A DNA stretch of 63,026 nucleotides, the filler included, from Chiloscyllium plagiosum (taxonomy: Eukaryota), in NCBI RefSeq assembly GCF_004010195.1. It is 3 parts of one record of this genome, joined end to end, with 100 filler letters (N's around TTAATTAATTAA, not from the genome) between each part and the next. Parts side by side here need not be neighbours in the genome. Positions count along the whole stretch, not along the records: positions 1 to 26,270 come from NC_057714.1; 2 more parts are not named here. One strand, given 5' to 3'. Made by a program: the position numbers and the translations under genes. Below are positions 1 through 13,584 of this stretch, one piece after another. The notes beneath the pieces were generated by a model. It did not search any database and was not told the origin of the DNA. It saw only the letters and a program-made list of their open reading frames with translations. Numbering within the stretch: the first letter of the stretch is position 1; each line of letters starts with the position of its first letter.

Positions 1-330
1 ACAAGATGATTAGGGGGTTAGATAGGGTTGACAGTGTGAACCTTTTCCCGCGTATGGAGTCGGGTATTACAAGGGGGCATAGCTTTAAATTAAGGGGGGG
101 TAGGTATAGGACAGATGTTAGGGGTAGGTTCTTTACTCAGCGAGTCGTGAGTTCATGGAATGCCCTGCCAGTAGCAGTGGTGGACTCTCCCTCTTTATGG
201 GCATTTAAGCGGGCATTGGATAGGCATATGGAGGATAGTGAGCTAGTGTAGGTTAGGTGGGCTTGGATTGGCGCAACATCGAGGGCCGAAGGGCCTGTAC
301 TGCGCTGTATTCTTCTATGTTCTATGTTCT
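1..330 (+). mobile_element. CR1/HER1-type LINE 3' end, young
   Basis: ORF TRGHSFKL...FFTQRVV..WNALP; (ttctatg)n tail at about 310-330. Confidence 0.9.
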
Positions 331-905
331 CTGTCTTCCACCTCCTGTCTGTAGTCTATTTCGTCGCCATCTGAGATTCGACTGACTATGGTGGTGTCAT
401 CAGCGAATTTGTAAGTGGCATTAGTCTGCTATTTGGCGACGCAGTCATAGGTATACTGTGAGTACAGCAGGGGGCTGAGTACGCACCCATGGGGGGCTCC
501 AGTGTTGAGTGCCAGTGAGGGTGAAGTATTGTCCCTAATCTTCACTGATTGTGGCCTGTGGGTCAGGAAATTGATAATCCAGTTTCAGAGAGTGGGGCTT
601 AGTCCGAGATCATTAAGTTTAGTAATCAGTCTCAAGGGGATAGTAGTGATGAAGACTGAACTGTAGTCAATGAGTAGGATTCTTATGTAGCTGTTCTTGG
701 TGTCAAGATGATCTAGGAAGGAGTGAAGGGCAAATGATATGGCATCTGACGTGGATCTGTCAGTCTGATAGGCAAATTGGAGTGGGTCAAGAGTAGTGGG
801 AAGGCTGGAGTTGATTAATGCCATGACCGGCCTTTCAAAGCACTTCATGACCAAGGTTAGGGCCACTGGTTAGTAGTCATTGAGATATGTTGCATGAGCC
901 TGGAT
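331..905 (-). mobile_element. Rex1/Babar-like non-LTR RT fragment
   Basis: ORF 585-866 VMKCFER..LDPLQFAY..RSTSDAI..LLIDYSS. Confidence 0.75.
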
Positions 906-1680
906 GATTCACCAGGATGTTATCTGAAATAGAAAGTCTCAGTGATGAGGAAAGACTGGAAAGGCTGGGTTTGTTTTCTCTGGAGCAGAGATGGCTTATT
1001 AAGGAGGGTCTGAGTGAGTTATAGAAAATTATGAGAGACATGGAAAATGGTGCAGTATGGTGGATCAGTGGTAGGTACTGCTGCCTCACAATGCCAGAGA
1101 CCCAGGTTCGATTCCATCCAAGGGAAAATATCTGTGTGGAATTTGCATGTTTTCCCTGCGTCTGCGTATGTTTCCTCCCACAAGTCCAAAGATATACAGA
1201 TTAAGTTGATTAGCCATGGGAAATGCAAGGTTACAGGGATGAGGGTGTGAGGGGTCAGGATGTGATCCTCTTCAGAGTGTTGGTATTGTGTTGATGGGCC
1301 AAATGGCCTGCATCCACACTGTAGGGATTCTACGATTCTATAGACAGGGCTGATTGTGAGGATCTTTTCTCCATGGCAAATATGTCTAAGACCAGTGGGC
1401 ATAGATTTAATGTGAAAAGTAAGTGGTTTACAGGAGATATGAGAAATAAAGTCACCCAGAGAATGGTAGAAATATGAAACTTGCTGCCTGAGAGGGTGGT
1501 GGAGGCAAGTACTCTTTCAATATTTAAGAAACATCTGGATGAGCACTTACAATGCTGGGCTGTAGTAGGCTTTGAATCAAGTGCAGGTAAATGGGATTAG
1601 TGTAGTTTGATATTTGTTGGTTAACAGACACATGATGAGCCAAAAAGCCAGTTTCTGTGCTGTATGACTCAATGACATAT
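906..1680 (+). mobile_element. Degenerate CR1 3' fragment interrupted by an HE1 SINE (about 1047-1340)
   Basis: CR1 C-terminal nucleotide motifs on both sides of a tRNA-head SINE. Confidence 0.75.
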
Positions 1681-2185
1681 GGTCTTTTTATGATTTCCTT
1701 TTGCCTCTCCGACCCCAAAAAAGCTTGTAAGATGCTTCTGAATACTTTATTGATAATCTAGTGCTCAATGTCACCTTCCAGATCAATAAGGTTTGCTTTG
1801 CTTCCAGATTTTGATTTTGATTATTTTGTCAATCCATTTAATATTAACAACACAAACGTCCATTTAAATATGCCTTGTAATGTAGTAGAATGATACAAGA
1901 TGTTTCATAAGTGCATAATCAGGCTACAATTAACACAAAGAGGAAACATTAGGCACACAATTATCATACTTGGGCATGTGTTTATCTTACAGAAACAACA
2001 TTATGCCTTTAATGATATTCCAATTGACCATTAGTAGCTCTGATTAAACTTCATCATTATATCCCTAGCGCTAGCCTTTACAAAATGACATAAATTTGGC
2101 TGCTGGTCTTTTGTAATATCGACTTGAACTTGATCATTGTGTCCTCACTATCAGCACAAGATTTACTTTCTTCCATTCCGTTCGT

Positions 2186-2497
2186 GGGTGGCACAATTCC
2201 TCATAGCAACAGGAACCTGGGTGACTGTCTATGTGGAGTCTGCATCTTCTTCCTGTGTCTGCGTGGGTTTCCTGCAGGTTCTCCAGTTTCTTCTCACAGT
2301 CCAAAGATGTTCAAGTTAGGTGGATTGTCCATAGTAAATTGCTCATAGTGTTCAGGGATGCACAGGTTAGGTGGATTAACCACGGAAAATGCAGGGTTAT
2401 GGGGTTAGGTAAGGGAGGTGGGTCTGATTGGGATGGTCTTTGGAGGGTTGGTTGGATCCGATGGGCCAAAAGGCCTACTTCTACACTGTGGGATTCT
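2186..2497 (+). mobile_element. HE1-type SINE
   Basis: Similar to the other copies (gtgactgtctatgtggagt...tccaaagatgt...acactgtgggattc). Confidence 0.8.
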
Positions 2498-2904
2498 TTG
2501 TCAATTGTTTGGGTCACTCATTGTAACAAGTCGAACTGTCTGCTGCTTTCTTGGTTTCCCTGTCTCATTGGCCATAAACTTGTCTTTATGTTTTCCAACT
2601 TAGATACTGGACCAAGTGTGAGTTCCCATGTTCTGATCCTTCATAGGGTAAATGTTCATTTCCTAACCCACAGTCTTTCAACTTTGCACCTTTCACCCTA
2701 ACATGTCTAGTCGTAGAGGCTTTTTAATAATATAGTTTTTCACCTCCCTTGGTATCAATTCTTTTATGATAGTCACATCATACAGACCATACTTCCTTTC
2801 TCTTTGCCCTATATTTTCTGGACACTAACTCTGTAAACTGTTCTTTAACATCCTTTAAAATTAACCATATTTGGATATTACTTCTATATTATAGCTTGCA
2901 TTAG

Positions 2905-3120
2905 GAGAAAGTGAGGACTGCAGATGTTGGAGATCAGATTCGAAGAGCATGGTGCTGGAAAAGCACAGCCGGTCAGGAGGCATCCAAGGAGCAGGACAAT
3001 CGGCGTTTCAGGCATAAGCTGTTGATCAAGAATGTGGCTTGTAGACCAAGGGAGCTGAGCGATAAATGGGAGGGTGGTGCGGCTGGGTGAAGATAACTGG
3101 AAATTAGATAGGTAGATGAA
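2905..3120 (-). mobile_element. PLE terminal-repeat fragment
   Basis: ggagaaagtgaggactgcagatg...gctggaaaagcacagc motif shared with the hammerhead-bearing PLE ends elsewhere in the window. Confidence 0.7.
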
Positions 3121-4879
3121 GAAATGTTGTATTATGTCAGATTAACAATTTACAGTTCAGGAATCTTATTCCCATCGCTTATAATAATCATTTATATCCA
3201 CAGTGGGTTTTTTTTTCTGATTTGTTGATGGGATGTGAGTGTCCTGAGCAGAAAATGTGTTGCTGGAAAAGCGCAGGAGGCCAGCCAGCATCGAAGGAAC
3301 AGGAGAATCAACGTTTTGGGCATAAGCTCTTGTCCTGAGCAAACATGCAAATGGTGAATATAATCCAAAACAATCCAGTCTCTCTTCATATGTCAGACCT
3401 GCCAACCCATGAATCAGTCTGGTAAACCTTCATTGTACTCCCTCCAAAACCAGAACATCCTTCCTCAGATAAGGAGACCAAAACAGCACATAATACTCCA
3501 GATATGGTCTCACCAAGGCCTTGTGGAATCACTACATTTGTTTTAGCCCATCCTAATTGCCCCCTGAATAAAAGGTTGGCTGGGTTAAATCAGAGGGCAG
3601 TTGAGAGTAGGTCACACTGATGTGAGTCTGGAGTCATATATAGGTCAGACCAGTTAAGGACAGCTGATTCCCTTCCCTAAAGAGCGTGAGTGAACGAGAT
3701 AGGCTGCATGCTGATCAATGATACATTCTGAAGAAAGATCATTGGACACAAAACATTAACTCTGTTTTCTCTCCACAAATGCTGCCAGAATCTTTTGAGT
3801 TTTTCCAGTTATTTCTGTTTGAGTTCCTGATACTATTACTGAGGGTGGTTTTAGAATTCCAGATTTTGTTAATTGAATTTAAATTCTATTATCCTTTTTT
3901 AACACTCTGGGCAGAATCTTACATTTTTTGGCTAAGTGCCAGTTGCATGTAACTTTTCGTCATGGTACCTTGTGAGTTTTCTTGCTGGATCTCATCAAAC
4001 TCACTTCATTAACTACGTACCTGTGCCTATGGTGTGCGTCTAGCCCAAAATTCACCACTCAGACCAACATTGTTTGACGTGCCAATATTGAGACGCCATC
4101 CAACCACTGGCTTTGTCCCACATCAAAAACTTGATGATACGGCATCCACAAAACATTGGAGCTCACGGTCATATGCCTGCCATGGCTGGCCATCCCCTCC
4201 CCATACAATCCTTTGCTCTCACTAATTTCTGATTAACCACCAGGCCACAGAGGTTACATGTCCTGTTTAAAACACCCTCTCTAAGTCACCATTACTCTGT
4301 CTCCAGTGCCCACTGAACATCTGCATCTTGCCATCATTTGCTGGGAAAACATCACAGACAGGTGAGGACAATTCTATAGATAAGCTGTTATTTGCAGTCA
4401 GCAAAAGTGAACACCCGCAGTGCAAATCATCATGACCAATGATTACTGTACTGTCCATGAGGACCTGTTGTACTCAGCTCTCATCTCCTGAAATTGGGTG
4501 TCTGACTGGTGTACTGGACATTGCCTGAGCTCTGTCTTGTACAAGAACAGCTTATTCTCCCCAATCTCCTCATCCTCATCCTCAGAAGACTGTTCCTATG
4601 CCCCCAGTTCCTCAACATCTCTTCCATAACCTCATTGCCTGCTCCAAATGTACAGAGTATAGCATGCCAAGATGGTGAATACTCTGTGTGGTAAAGGTGC
4701 TGTGCCTGCTGAATGATCAATACTTTACATCCAAAAGAGAGTGCCTGCTTTGCTCTGATATCTTTCCCATTTCAGACATTGGATGTTTCGTAATTGCTGT
4801 TGCACGTCTGGCCAGCATTTGATTCCTTTTAAGTCACTGCATCGAGGTTTTGCATCTTTGGGATGTCAATGTCAAGGGA

Positions 4880-5880
4880 CGGAGGACGATGTTATTGTCA
4901 CTGGACTATTAAGCCAGAGACCCAGATAATGTTCTGGGGATCCAGGTTCAAATCCTGCCACAGCAGATGGTGGAATTTGAATTCAATACATATCTGGAAT
5001 TAAGAGTCTAATGATAACCATGAATCCATTGTCAATTGTTGGGAAAAACCCATCTGGTTCATCAACATCTTTTCGGGAAGGAAACTGCTATCCTAATCTG
5101 GTCTGGTTTACATGTGACTCCAGACCCACAGCAATGTCGTTGACTCTTAACTGCCCTCTTGGAAATCAGGGATGGGCAATAAATGCTGCCTGGCCAGCAA
5201 TGCCCTCCTCCCACAAATGAATAATAAGTAAATATAAGATGTACGCATTGCAAGTACGCAAATAAATGCTTGCAAATGAAATGATCTGGAGTTTGCAAAC
5301 CGAGTCACTATCAAAGCAATTGCCAGGTTCGAATCCTAGGTGAAAGTAAGGACTGCAGATGCTGGAGATCAGAGTCAAGATTAGTGTGGTGCTGAAAAAG
5401 CACAGCAGGTCAGGTAGCATCCGAGGAACAGGAAAATCGACGTTTCACGCAAAAGCCCTTCATCAGGAATGAAGGGCTCATTCCTGATGAAGGGATTTTG
5501 CCTGAAACATCGATTCTCCTGCTCCTTGGATGCTGCCTGACCTGCTGTGCTTTTCCAGCACCACACTAATCTTGACTCAGGCTCAAATCCTGCCATGGCA
5601 GATGGTGGAATTTGAATTCAGTGGGAACAAAACCCGGAAGTAGGTGTCTAATGATGACCATAAAACCATTGTTGATTGTCAGAAAAATACATCTGGTTCA
5701 TTAATGTCATTTAAGGAAGGAAGCCACCCTCCCCCATCCCTACCTGATCTGGCCAACATGTGATTCCAGGTCCACAGCATTATAATTGACCTTTAACCAC
5801 CCTCTGGGCAATTATAGATGGACAAAAAATGCTGGTCAAGCTAGTGATGCCCTCATCCTGTGAATGAATAAATAAAAATA
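4880..5880 (+). mobile_element. Two copies of a shark SINE/CR1-tail-like repeat, the second interrupted by a PLE palindrome
   Basis: Shared cagatggtggaatttgaattc...catctggttca...gtgactccagacccacagc; further copies near 10363-10790 and 35870-36190. Confidence 0.65.
5338..5577. mobile_element. Fold-back PLE-derived insertion with hammerhead motifs
   Basis: Inverted arms centred near 5470; ctgatga-agggattttgcct-gaaac; degenerate TSD caggt/ctcg/aaatcct. Confidence 0.8.
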
Positions 5881-6659
5881 ATTAAGTAGTACACACAAAT
5901 GCCTCTCATGATTAATCTCTGCAGTCATCTACAAGTCAAACAGCTTTTGCAAGCTCACTCACTAATATACTTCACCAACTACTTTGCAAAAAATACTGTA
6001 AATAAAAGGACAATCACAAATAAATAGGGTCACCCATCTTACTCCTGCTGTCCACCCACACATTCATTCAAAATTCAAAGGATTGAGATTGAAAAAGAAT
6101 TACTGGATGTCAGTGCTTTACATTTTGAATACTTTTTGTGAAAAATTCAGAGTTTGAAGCACAACTCACATCATGCATTACAGATTCAAATGTACATTTA
6201 ACATTACAGTGTGAAATCTCTCCGGTTTTAATGGCTAATGTGTTAAACTGTACCTATGTGTAAATAAAATTATAGCAGTGCATTTTCATGCACCAAGGCA
6301 GGCAGCTTTTTCTCCCAAATTGAACATTAAAAAATGCCGGTGTGCATTCAAAAATGTATTGGAGCCACTCTGTAAAATGAACTGGCCACGTCACATTGGT
6401 TAGCCATTTCTTAATTGCTGGATGTCTAATGTGAAAAGTTAAAGGTATAATCACTGCAGAATTTGTCAACTGTGATTAATTCATTGCTCTCAGCTTTGAT
6501 TGTAGCTGGGTCAGAGCAATTGACCTCATTGTCTCTGGGCCAGGGGTTAAGAGGGGTCTTCTGGCAATCTCACTCCTATAACGTCTGAACATTTGACTCC
6601 TGTTGAAAAGAATATGGATCTGTGGCCCTGATGACACTATGGTTACATTTTCTGAAACC

Positions 6660-7490
6660 ATAATAGCGTAAAAAATCAGAACAGGAGTAGGTGATACAGC
6701 CCCTGAGTTGGCTCTGGCATGTCAATAGAATATGACATTCCTCTCATCCATTTTGCTGCATTTATATGTAGCCCTTGATTCCCCTATTAATCAAAAATGT
6801 ATCTGTCTCCACAAGATCATAAGACACAGGGGCAGAAATTAGGCCATTCATCCCATTGAGTCTGCTCTACCGTTCAATCATAGCTAATAAGTTTCTCAAT
6901 CCCATTCTCCTACTTTCTCCCTCTAACCCTTGATCCTCTTGATACTCAAGAACCTATCTATCTCAGTCTTAAATATATCAATGACCTGGCCTCCACAGCC
7001 TTTTGTGACAATGAATTCCACAGATTCACTATTCTCTGAAGAAGTTTCTCCTTATCTCTGTTCTAAAAGGTCTTCCCTTTACTCTAAGGCTGTGCCCTCA
7101 AGTCCGAGTCTCCTACCAATGGAAACATCATCCCAACATCTAATCTGTCCAAGCCATTCAGTATTCTGTGTGTTTCAATTAGATCCCCCCCCATCCTTCT
7201 AAACTCCATCGAGTATAAACCGTGAGTTCTCAAATGTTCCTCACATGATAAGCTTTTCATTCCTGGGACCATTCTCTTCTCAATACGCTCCAGGACTGCA
7301 CACAGCCTTAAATACACAAGGGCTCTATCCCCACAGCTCTCTTTGGCAAGGAGTCCCAAAGACACTCAACTGTCCAAGGGGAGAAATATATCCTCATCTC
7401 AGTCTTGGAGCCATTTCATTCTGAGAAAATGCCCTGTGGTCCTAGACTGTCCCGTGAGGAGAAAAATGCTGTCAGCCTTTGAAAAATGGG
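6660..7490 (-). mobile_element. CR1 3' fragments
   Basis: ORF 7084-7365 GLYSMEFRRMGGDLIET... Confidence 0.8.
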
Positions 7491-8019
7491 CGTCTCTAAA
7501 TGGCCATGGGAAAACTTTTGCAGTGCCTGTGGAATCACACATGATGAATTACTGGCTTCTACAGAAGTAAGGAGAATTGAAATGCATACAAGCGATAGTG
7601 CAACACGACTCAAAAAGTCGACACTTTGATCCCCCCAATTCTGGAAAAAAAAGACATTTAACTTTCTGATGTCAGATAGGTATGATTTTCCAGTTGTTCA
7701 CATGACTGATTTGGATGTAAAAAATGCAGGTGCAATGCTGGAGTTTGCATGTGACAGCAAATTGAGGGGTTTGGGCTTGAATGTAAAAGTTTACATCAAA
7801 GTACAAACAGTAAAAACAGATGTGCATTCTCAGGAAAAATGAAATGTGAGGTGAATGATTTTTGCTCAGAGGAACAAGGAGGCCACTTATTTGTTAAAAG
7901 GTACAAAATTATGTGAGATAGAGAACAGACAGGTATCGAAACACAAGTATCTAAATCACTAAAAGCCACATCATATGTTGATAAGGAATTCAGGTCAAAA
8001 CTGTGTTTGCTACAAGAAA

Positions 8020-8217
8020 TGATGTGAAGGTGGCGGTATTGGACTCGGTTGGACAAGGTCAAAAATCACAAGACACCAGGTTATAGTCCAACAGGTTTTA
8101 TTGAAAACACTGGCTTCAGAGGGTTGACTACACCTGATGAAGGAGGAATGCTCCAAAAGCTAGTGTTTTCAAATAAACCTGTTGGACTATAACCTGGTGT
8201 TGTGTGATTTTTGAACC
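8020..8217. mobile_element. Fold-back PLE-derived insertion (second family) with hammerhead motif
   Basis: Inverted arms aaaaatcaca..ttatagtccaacagg / cctgttggactataa..gtgattttt; TSD tgctacaagaaa at 8008-8019 and 8218-8229. Confidence 0.8.
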
Positions 8218-11200
8218 TGCTACAAGAAACGTTTTTGGATGCATTGAAAAAACTAAGAAAGGGATCACAAGGATGCTACCATATTGACGGGGACAACATT
8301 CAGAAAAGATTGTGCAAATCCTGAGTCTGGAATAGATAAAACTAAAAGGAAACTTTTCAGAGGTTTTGGCATTGCAAAGGTAAAAGTGGAAAGCACGGCA
8401 TCCTCAATCAAATGAAATAAATAATATCCCAATTCCAAGCTGTCAAAACTAAACTGATTTTTGTATTTTCTTCATTGAGGTGAGTGAGATCACACATAAT
8501 CAGATGGATTGTCACCAGGGAGATAGGTGCCTCCTCAGCTAATTAAGTTCTGGGTGTAAAAGGTCCAAGCTTAATCTCCTGACACCAATTAAAGCCCTTG
8601 AGTGGTCAATTACCAATTACACAAGAGCCTCCACCTCCCCCCCCCCCCAATCTACCTCAGTCTAGTGGGAAAGATGGGTACGGATGGTGAGTAGAAGGAC
8701 AGCCATTGGAAGCCATTCCATTCCCCTTGCCTCTGGATTTTGTACCTTTCCCTCTTCCCTAGACCTCCACTCCGCGATTCCCCCTTCAAAACAATTTCTT
8801 ATTTTTTTGCCAGTCTTGGTTCTTCAGCTACCAGCTCAAGCCTTTGAAATGCCACAGTGACTGCCAGCCAAGCAGAAGCCAGCCATCTCAAGTAGAGTAG
8901 GACATCACTGCCCTTGGACCTGGTTGGTGGAGAAGCTTGCTTGCTCAACACAGTGCAAATTTGGCACTTAATCTATCAAGCTCCTGTGGGCAGGGAGCTG
9001 TCTGGCACTTAAAGGTGCCTATCCCCACACACAGGTTTAAAAATTGAAAATCCCAGCCTATGCAAACATTTTTGCCAGGCCCAAAATTAAATATAAAACT
9101 GATTATTAAAACTTATTTTATTTTATATGTGATAAACACCTGTGGATCTATAATGTTAATAGCTATGACAGTCAATTTCCTGAGGTTGATAATAAAGATT
9201 TCTGAATGGAATATTGCAATAGGTCATGTTCTGACATGAAAGGGGAATGTATTGGAATCAGCTTCAGTATAAATTTGAAGCTGAAGTTAAAAAATAGATT
9301 AACTGACTCTTTGTTTCATTGCTGCTTGCCAACTATGCGGTATGCCAATTGACTGGCATGTTTGTTGAAGGAACAACAGTGACTAGTGTAGTTTATACAA
9401 AGTGCCGTGAAATATTTCCCAAGGCACGATGAATTCAAGTCTAGTTCACATCAACACTTTCGCATGCATAAGACTGGTACACTCACACCGACATAAAACT
9501 GCCAGTGTGAACCCATAGTCAAGTCCTGATCTGACTTCAGATGCCCGCTGCGCTTCAGCTTTGGCACATTTTGGAGTACAGTTGCATCGTGTGATCTATA
9601 ACTAGGTTTGAAAAGTTCTTTTGTGGTGCATAGAATTTCACAGAGTAGGACAGGCCACTTGGCCCAACAGGTCCATGCTAGAGCTTTTTCTTCCAGACAA
9701 ACCTTTTCTCATCTTTCTTCGCCTCACCTCACCAAACTATACTTTTGTCTGCTTTCCATTTATTTACTTCCCCTTACGTGTATCTACAGGTAGTTGCTAC
9801 AACTGCTCCATCACGTAGCAATTTCTACATTTGCTCTCAAAGTGAAGAACTTTCTATTGAATTCTCTATTATATTTATTGGCGATTATGTAGTGACTTCA
9901 AAACTGACCACAAAGGTATGCTCAGGTCATGAAAAAATAAAGACATTTCTGTCTATATACCTAACTCATAAGTAATGCTGGTTGTTCCAAATTGTTTTTG
10001 CAAATGCTATCTAGCGATGAATTCTGATTTCCTTTTCTCTTTGCCTTGCACAGAAATATCCTGAAATGTTCATGTAGTCATAAATATAAAATGATTGTGA
10101 TGTGTTGGGAAAAAATTCTACTGAGGTTATTCACTTTAAAACTGTACCAATTGTCTGCTGGTTTTCCCCGGTGAAAGCTCTAATTGGAAATGGATATCCT
10201 GCTTTACTCCAGGATGTTGGTCAATTAAATGAACAGAGGAAATAAGAAATAACATCCTGGGCATCCAGTTTAACAATGGCAGTGCTGTCCGAAGTAGACT
10301 TGTCCTAATAAAGGCCCGTCCTGTCTCCACAGAAAATTTGCAGCACTTATCATAATGGGGAGGTGGTGGCATAGTAGTATTGTTACTGGACTAACAATTT
10401 AGAAACCCTGGCTATTATTCTGGAGGCATTGTTTAAGGTTGGGTTAGGGCCGACAGCAGATGGCAGTAGTCTGGGCAAGAGACATGTTTGGCATCTTCTC
10501 CTTTCAAGTGCACTAGACACAGGGGTCTAGTGAAATGAAAGTCTGGAATTTAGCCTAATCATAGCCATTGTCAATTATTATAAAAATCCAACTGGTTTAT
10601 TGATGTCTGTTAGGGAAGTAAATCTGTGGTCCTTACCCTGCCTGGCCTAGATGTGACTCCAAACCCACCGCAATATGGTTGATTCTTAACAGTCTTCCAA
10701 AATGGGCCGAGCAAGCCATTCAGTTCAAGTGGCAGTTAACATGAGCCACAATAGCCTGGCCCGGGATGCTTACATCCCATTAAGCAATAAAAAAAGTTTT
10801 CATTTTTGTACTGCCCAAACTGATGAGTACAAAATGAATGCAATACCAGGATTGCATCCCAACTCCAATACTTAATGAGTCATCATCTTCCCCATTAGTG
10901 TTGGATTGAGCTGGGGTGATTGGTCATCTGCCTAACATCCTCTTGACATTGATGAATGAGGTAGCAAAAAGGCTACATTTATATTCATTTAAAACCCTTA
11001 CCCTCCATTGCCTGCCTGAGGCCTACTTGACTTGATTTTTCCAGCATGTTTTGAAGTGGGCAACAAACAATCCCTCCAAAAATCAAGAAAAGGCCTTAGC
11101 TTAAATATTTGTAAAACCCTGATTATTTTTAGGGTTCTGTAGTATTCCAATTAGATTCAAGGTGAAACTCCTCAATCTATTACAGGTACAGGGCAATATA

Positions 11201-12409
11201 TTCAAAATTTTCAAGTTTCTGGGTGAAGAGGGATGAACTGGCTTTCCTTCTTTATTCGTTTGCCCCCTCAGTGGGTCATAGCAAGGTTAATTTACAAGAG
11301 CTCGGCTCTCAGTCTCCTTCTGGATATTTTTCTCCCAGACCAAATGAATTTGTTTTTTTAAAAGGAACCTATTTAGCTAAGCTTTCCTGAGTTGGTAAAA
11401 GAATGAGTTTATAAGTTACTAAATTTGGGAATAAATAAGACCACAACACACGTACAGATTAGAAATTAGAAAGTAATCTAAAAAATAGACAAATGTTAAA
11501 AGATATTCAGTTCAGTCACTGGTCATGAATGATGAGTAAGTAGTCTAATGGCAATAGTCAAGCAGTTGATTACAAGGTTTTTGACTTTGGGTAATTGAAA
11601 TTCTTTGTCCTTTTTCTATTTGACTGGCTTGCTAGCTAGTTGACTTCCAGTACTCATGAGTAAATGATTAGTTCACCTGCATTGCAGGAGTGACGAACGT
11701 ATAGTTCTTTATGACCTTCTTAATACACTAGTGCTTGAATCTAGGTTAGTACTCACAGCAGATCAGTGCACTGGCATACCTTCTTCCATTAACACAGAAC
11801 ACCTGGTTTGAAACAGACTTTAACCCCTGTGTCCAGTGCACTTGAAAGGAGAAGATGCCAAACATGTCTCTTGCCCAGACTACTGCCTTTTTGCTCATGT
11901 GTTCAGTCTAAGATAACGCCAAAGACATTGCAGTTCAATCTAAAATGCGTTTCTCCCCTTTTAATTCCATCCTTTGGTAAGTCCTTGCTACCTCATATGG
12001 TGTCTCAGAGCCACTCTTTCCAGACAGCCACTGAATTAACTTCAGATAATTTTTGGCTGTATGCCTTTTTTTAACAATAAATGCATTGTGTAATTAATGT
12101 TTGATATGTTCACAGGTGATCCTAGCTTACAACCCATTGTGATGGCATTGGGCACAGTAGGTTCTTTTTCTATTCATTGCAGAGGAATTGATCATTGAAT
12201 AGATGAGCAGAGAATGAAAAGTATCACTGCTTCACTTCAGAACATCAGAAAAAGTCCTGGGACATCCACAGAACCTCCCACAAGTGAGTCTGCACTGTCA
12301 GGCCAAACTTTAAATCTACATTAGCTCCACTTTCCAGCACTTGACCCATAGCCTTGAATCTTATGATATTTCAAGTGTTCACGCTGAAAAAACTCTAAAG
12401 AGGCCAGTA

Positions 12410-13025
12410 TCCCATCAAAGACATTTGGTATGCTTTCCTTTATTAGTCAGAGTATTGAATTACAGGAGTTGGAAGATCATGTTGTGGCTATACAGGACAT
12501 TGGTAAGGCCACTTTTGGAACAGTGTACAATTCTGGTTTCCCTTCTATCAGAAGCATGTTGCGAAACTTGGAAAGGTACAGAAAAGATTGACAAGGATGT
12601 TGTCAGGGTTGGAAGATTTGAGCTATCTATAGGAAGAGGCTGAATCAGCTGGGGCTGCTTTCCCTGGATTGTCGGACTGAGGGGTGACTTTACAGAGGTT
12701 TATGAAATCATGAGGGACATGGATAGGGTAAACAGACAAGGTCTTTTCCCTGGAGTGGGGGAGTTCAGGGTTTAGGGTGAGAGGAGAAAAATTTAAAAGC
12801 GACTTAAGGGGCAACTTTTTCACGCAGAGGGTGGTGCATGTATGGAATGTGCTGCCAGAGGAAGTGGTGCATTGCAAAGCCATCTGGTTGGGTACATGAA
12901 TAGGAAGGGTTTAGAAGGATATGGGTCAAATGCTAGCAAATGGGACTAGATTAGGTTAGGATAACTGGTTGATATGGATGAGTTGGACCGAAGCGTCTGT
13001 TTCCATGCTGTATATCTCTGACTTT
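12410..13025 (+). mobile_element. CR1 3' fragment
   Basis: LYRTLVRPLLE motif and CR1 3' UTR. Confidence 0.8.
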
Positions 13026-13029
13026 ACAA

Positions 13030-13203
13030 CACGTCACCCTCTATTTACTCATGACAGAGCCAGCTGTCAGAGTGAACAGGATGTCTGACACTTATGTTTT
13101 TATCCATCAGCCAAGGCTGCCTGATTGGACCAGATTAACAGCTCCAGTCAGTGAACTCATATACTATGAGGCCCATCTGCCTGACCTCGTTACAATCACT
13201 ACC
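13030..13203 (-). mobile_element. Degenerate LTR-like repeat
   Basis: Resembles 53375-53410 plus 54895-55247 and, in reverse complement, the LTR-like end at about 44820-44878. Confidence 0.4.
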
Positions 13204-13584
13204 CATCCAAGTACTTAATAAAGATTGCAAGGTTCCCCACCACAACTACCCTTCTGCCCCAGCTCCATAAAAGAACCACTGGCTTTCCAATTCTCCTTAC
13301 TCTTCACTCATCACTCTTCACTCACTGCCAGTTCCCAAACATGACCAGTGAGCTACTTGTCCACAATTATTGAGCCATGGTAGTTTCAGATTGGTAGAAG
13401 AATGCCCGGTGCTGCCAGGAGAATGTAGAACTAGATGGGCAGGTCAGAAAAGATGTCATTCTGATCAGGTTATCACCTTTGGCTGTTTTAAATACATGGC
13501 AGAAAGTACAATGATTGTTCTCAATCCATGAGGGGTGGTAATCTAGTGAAGTCTCACATATTAGGTGGACAATCTGATCCATTA

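Noticed and set aside
6476..6661. 61-aa ORF in unique DNA
   Set aside because: No recognisable domain or convincing splice structure
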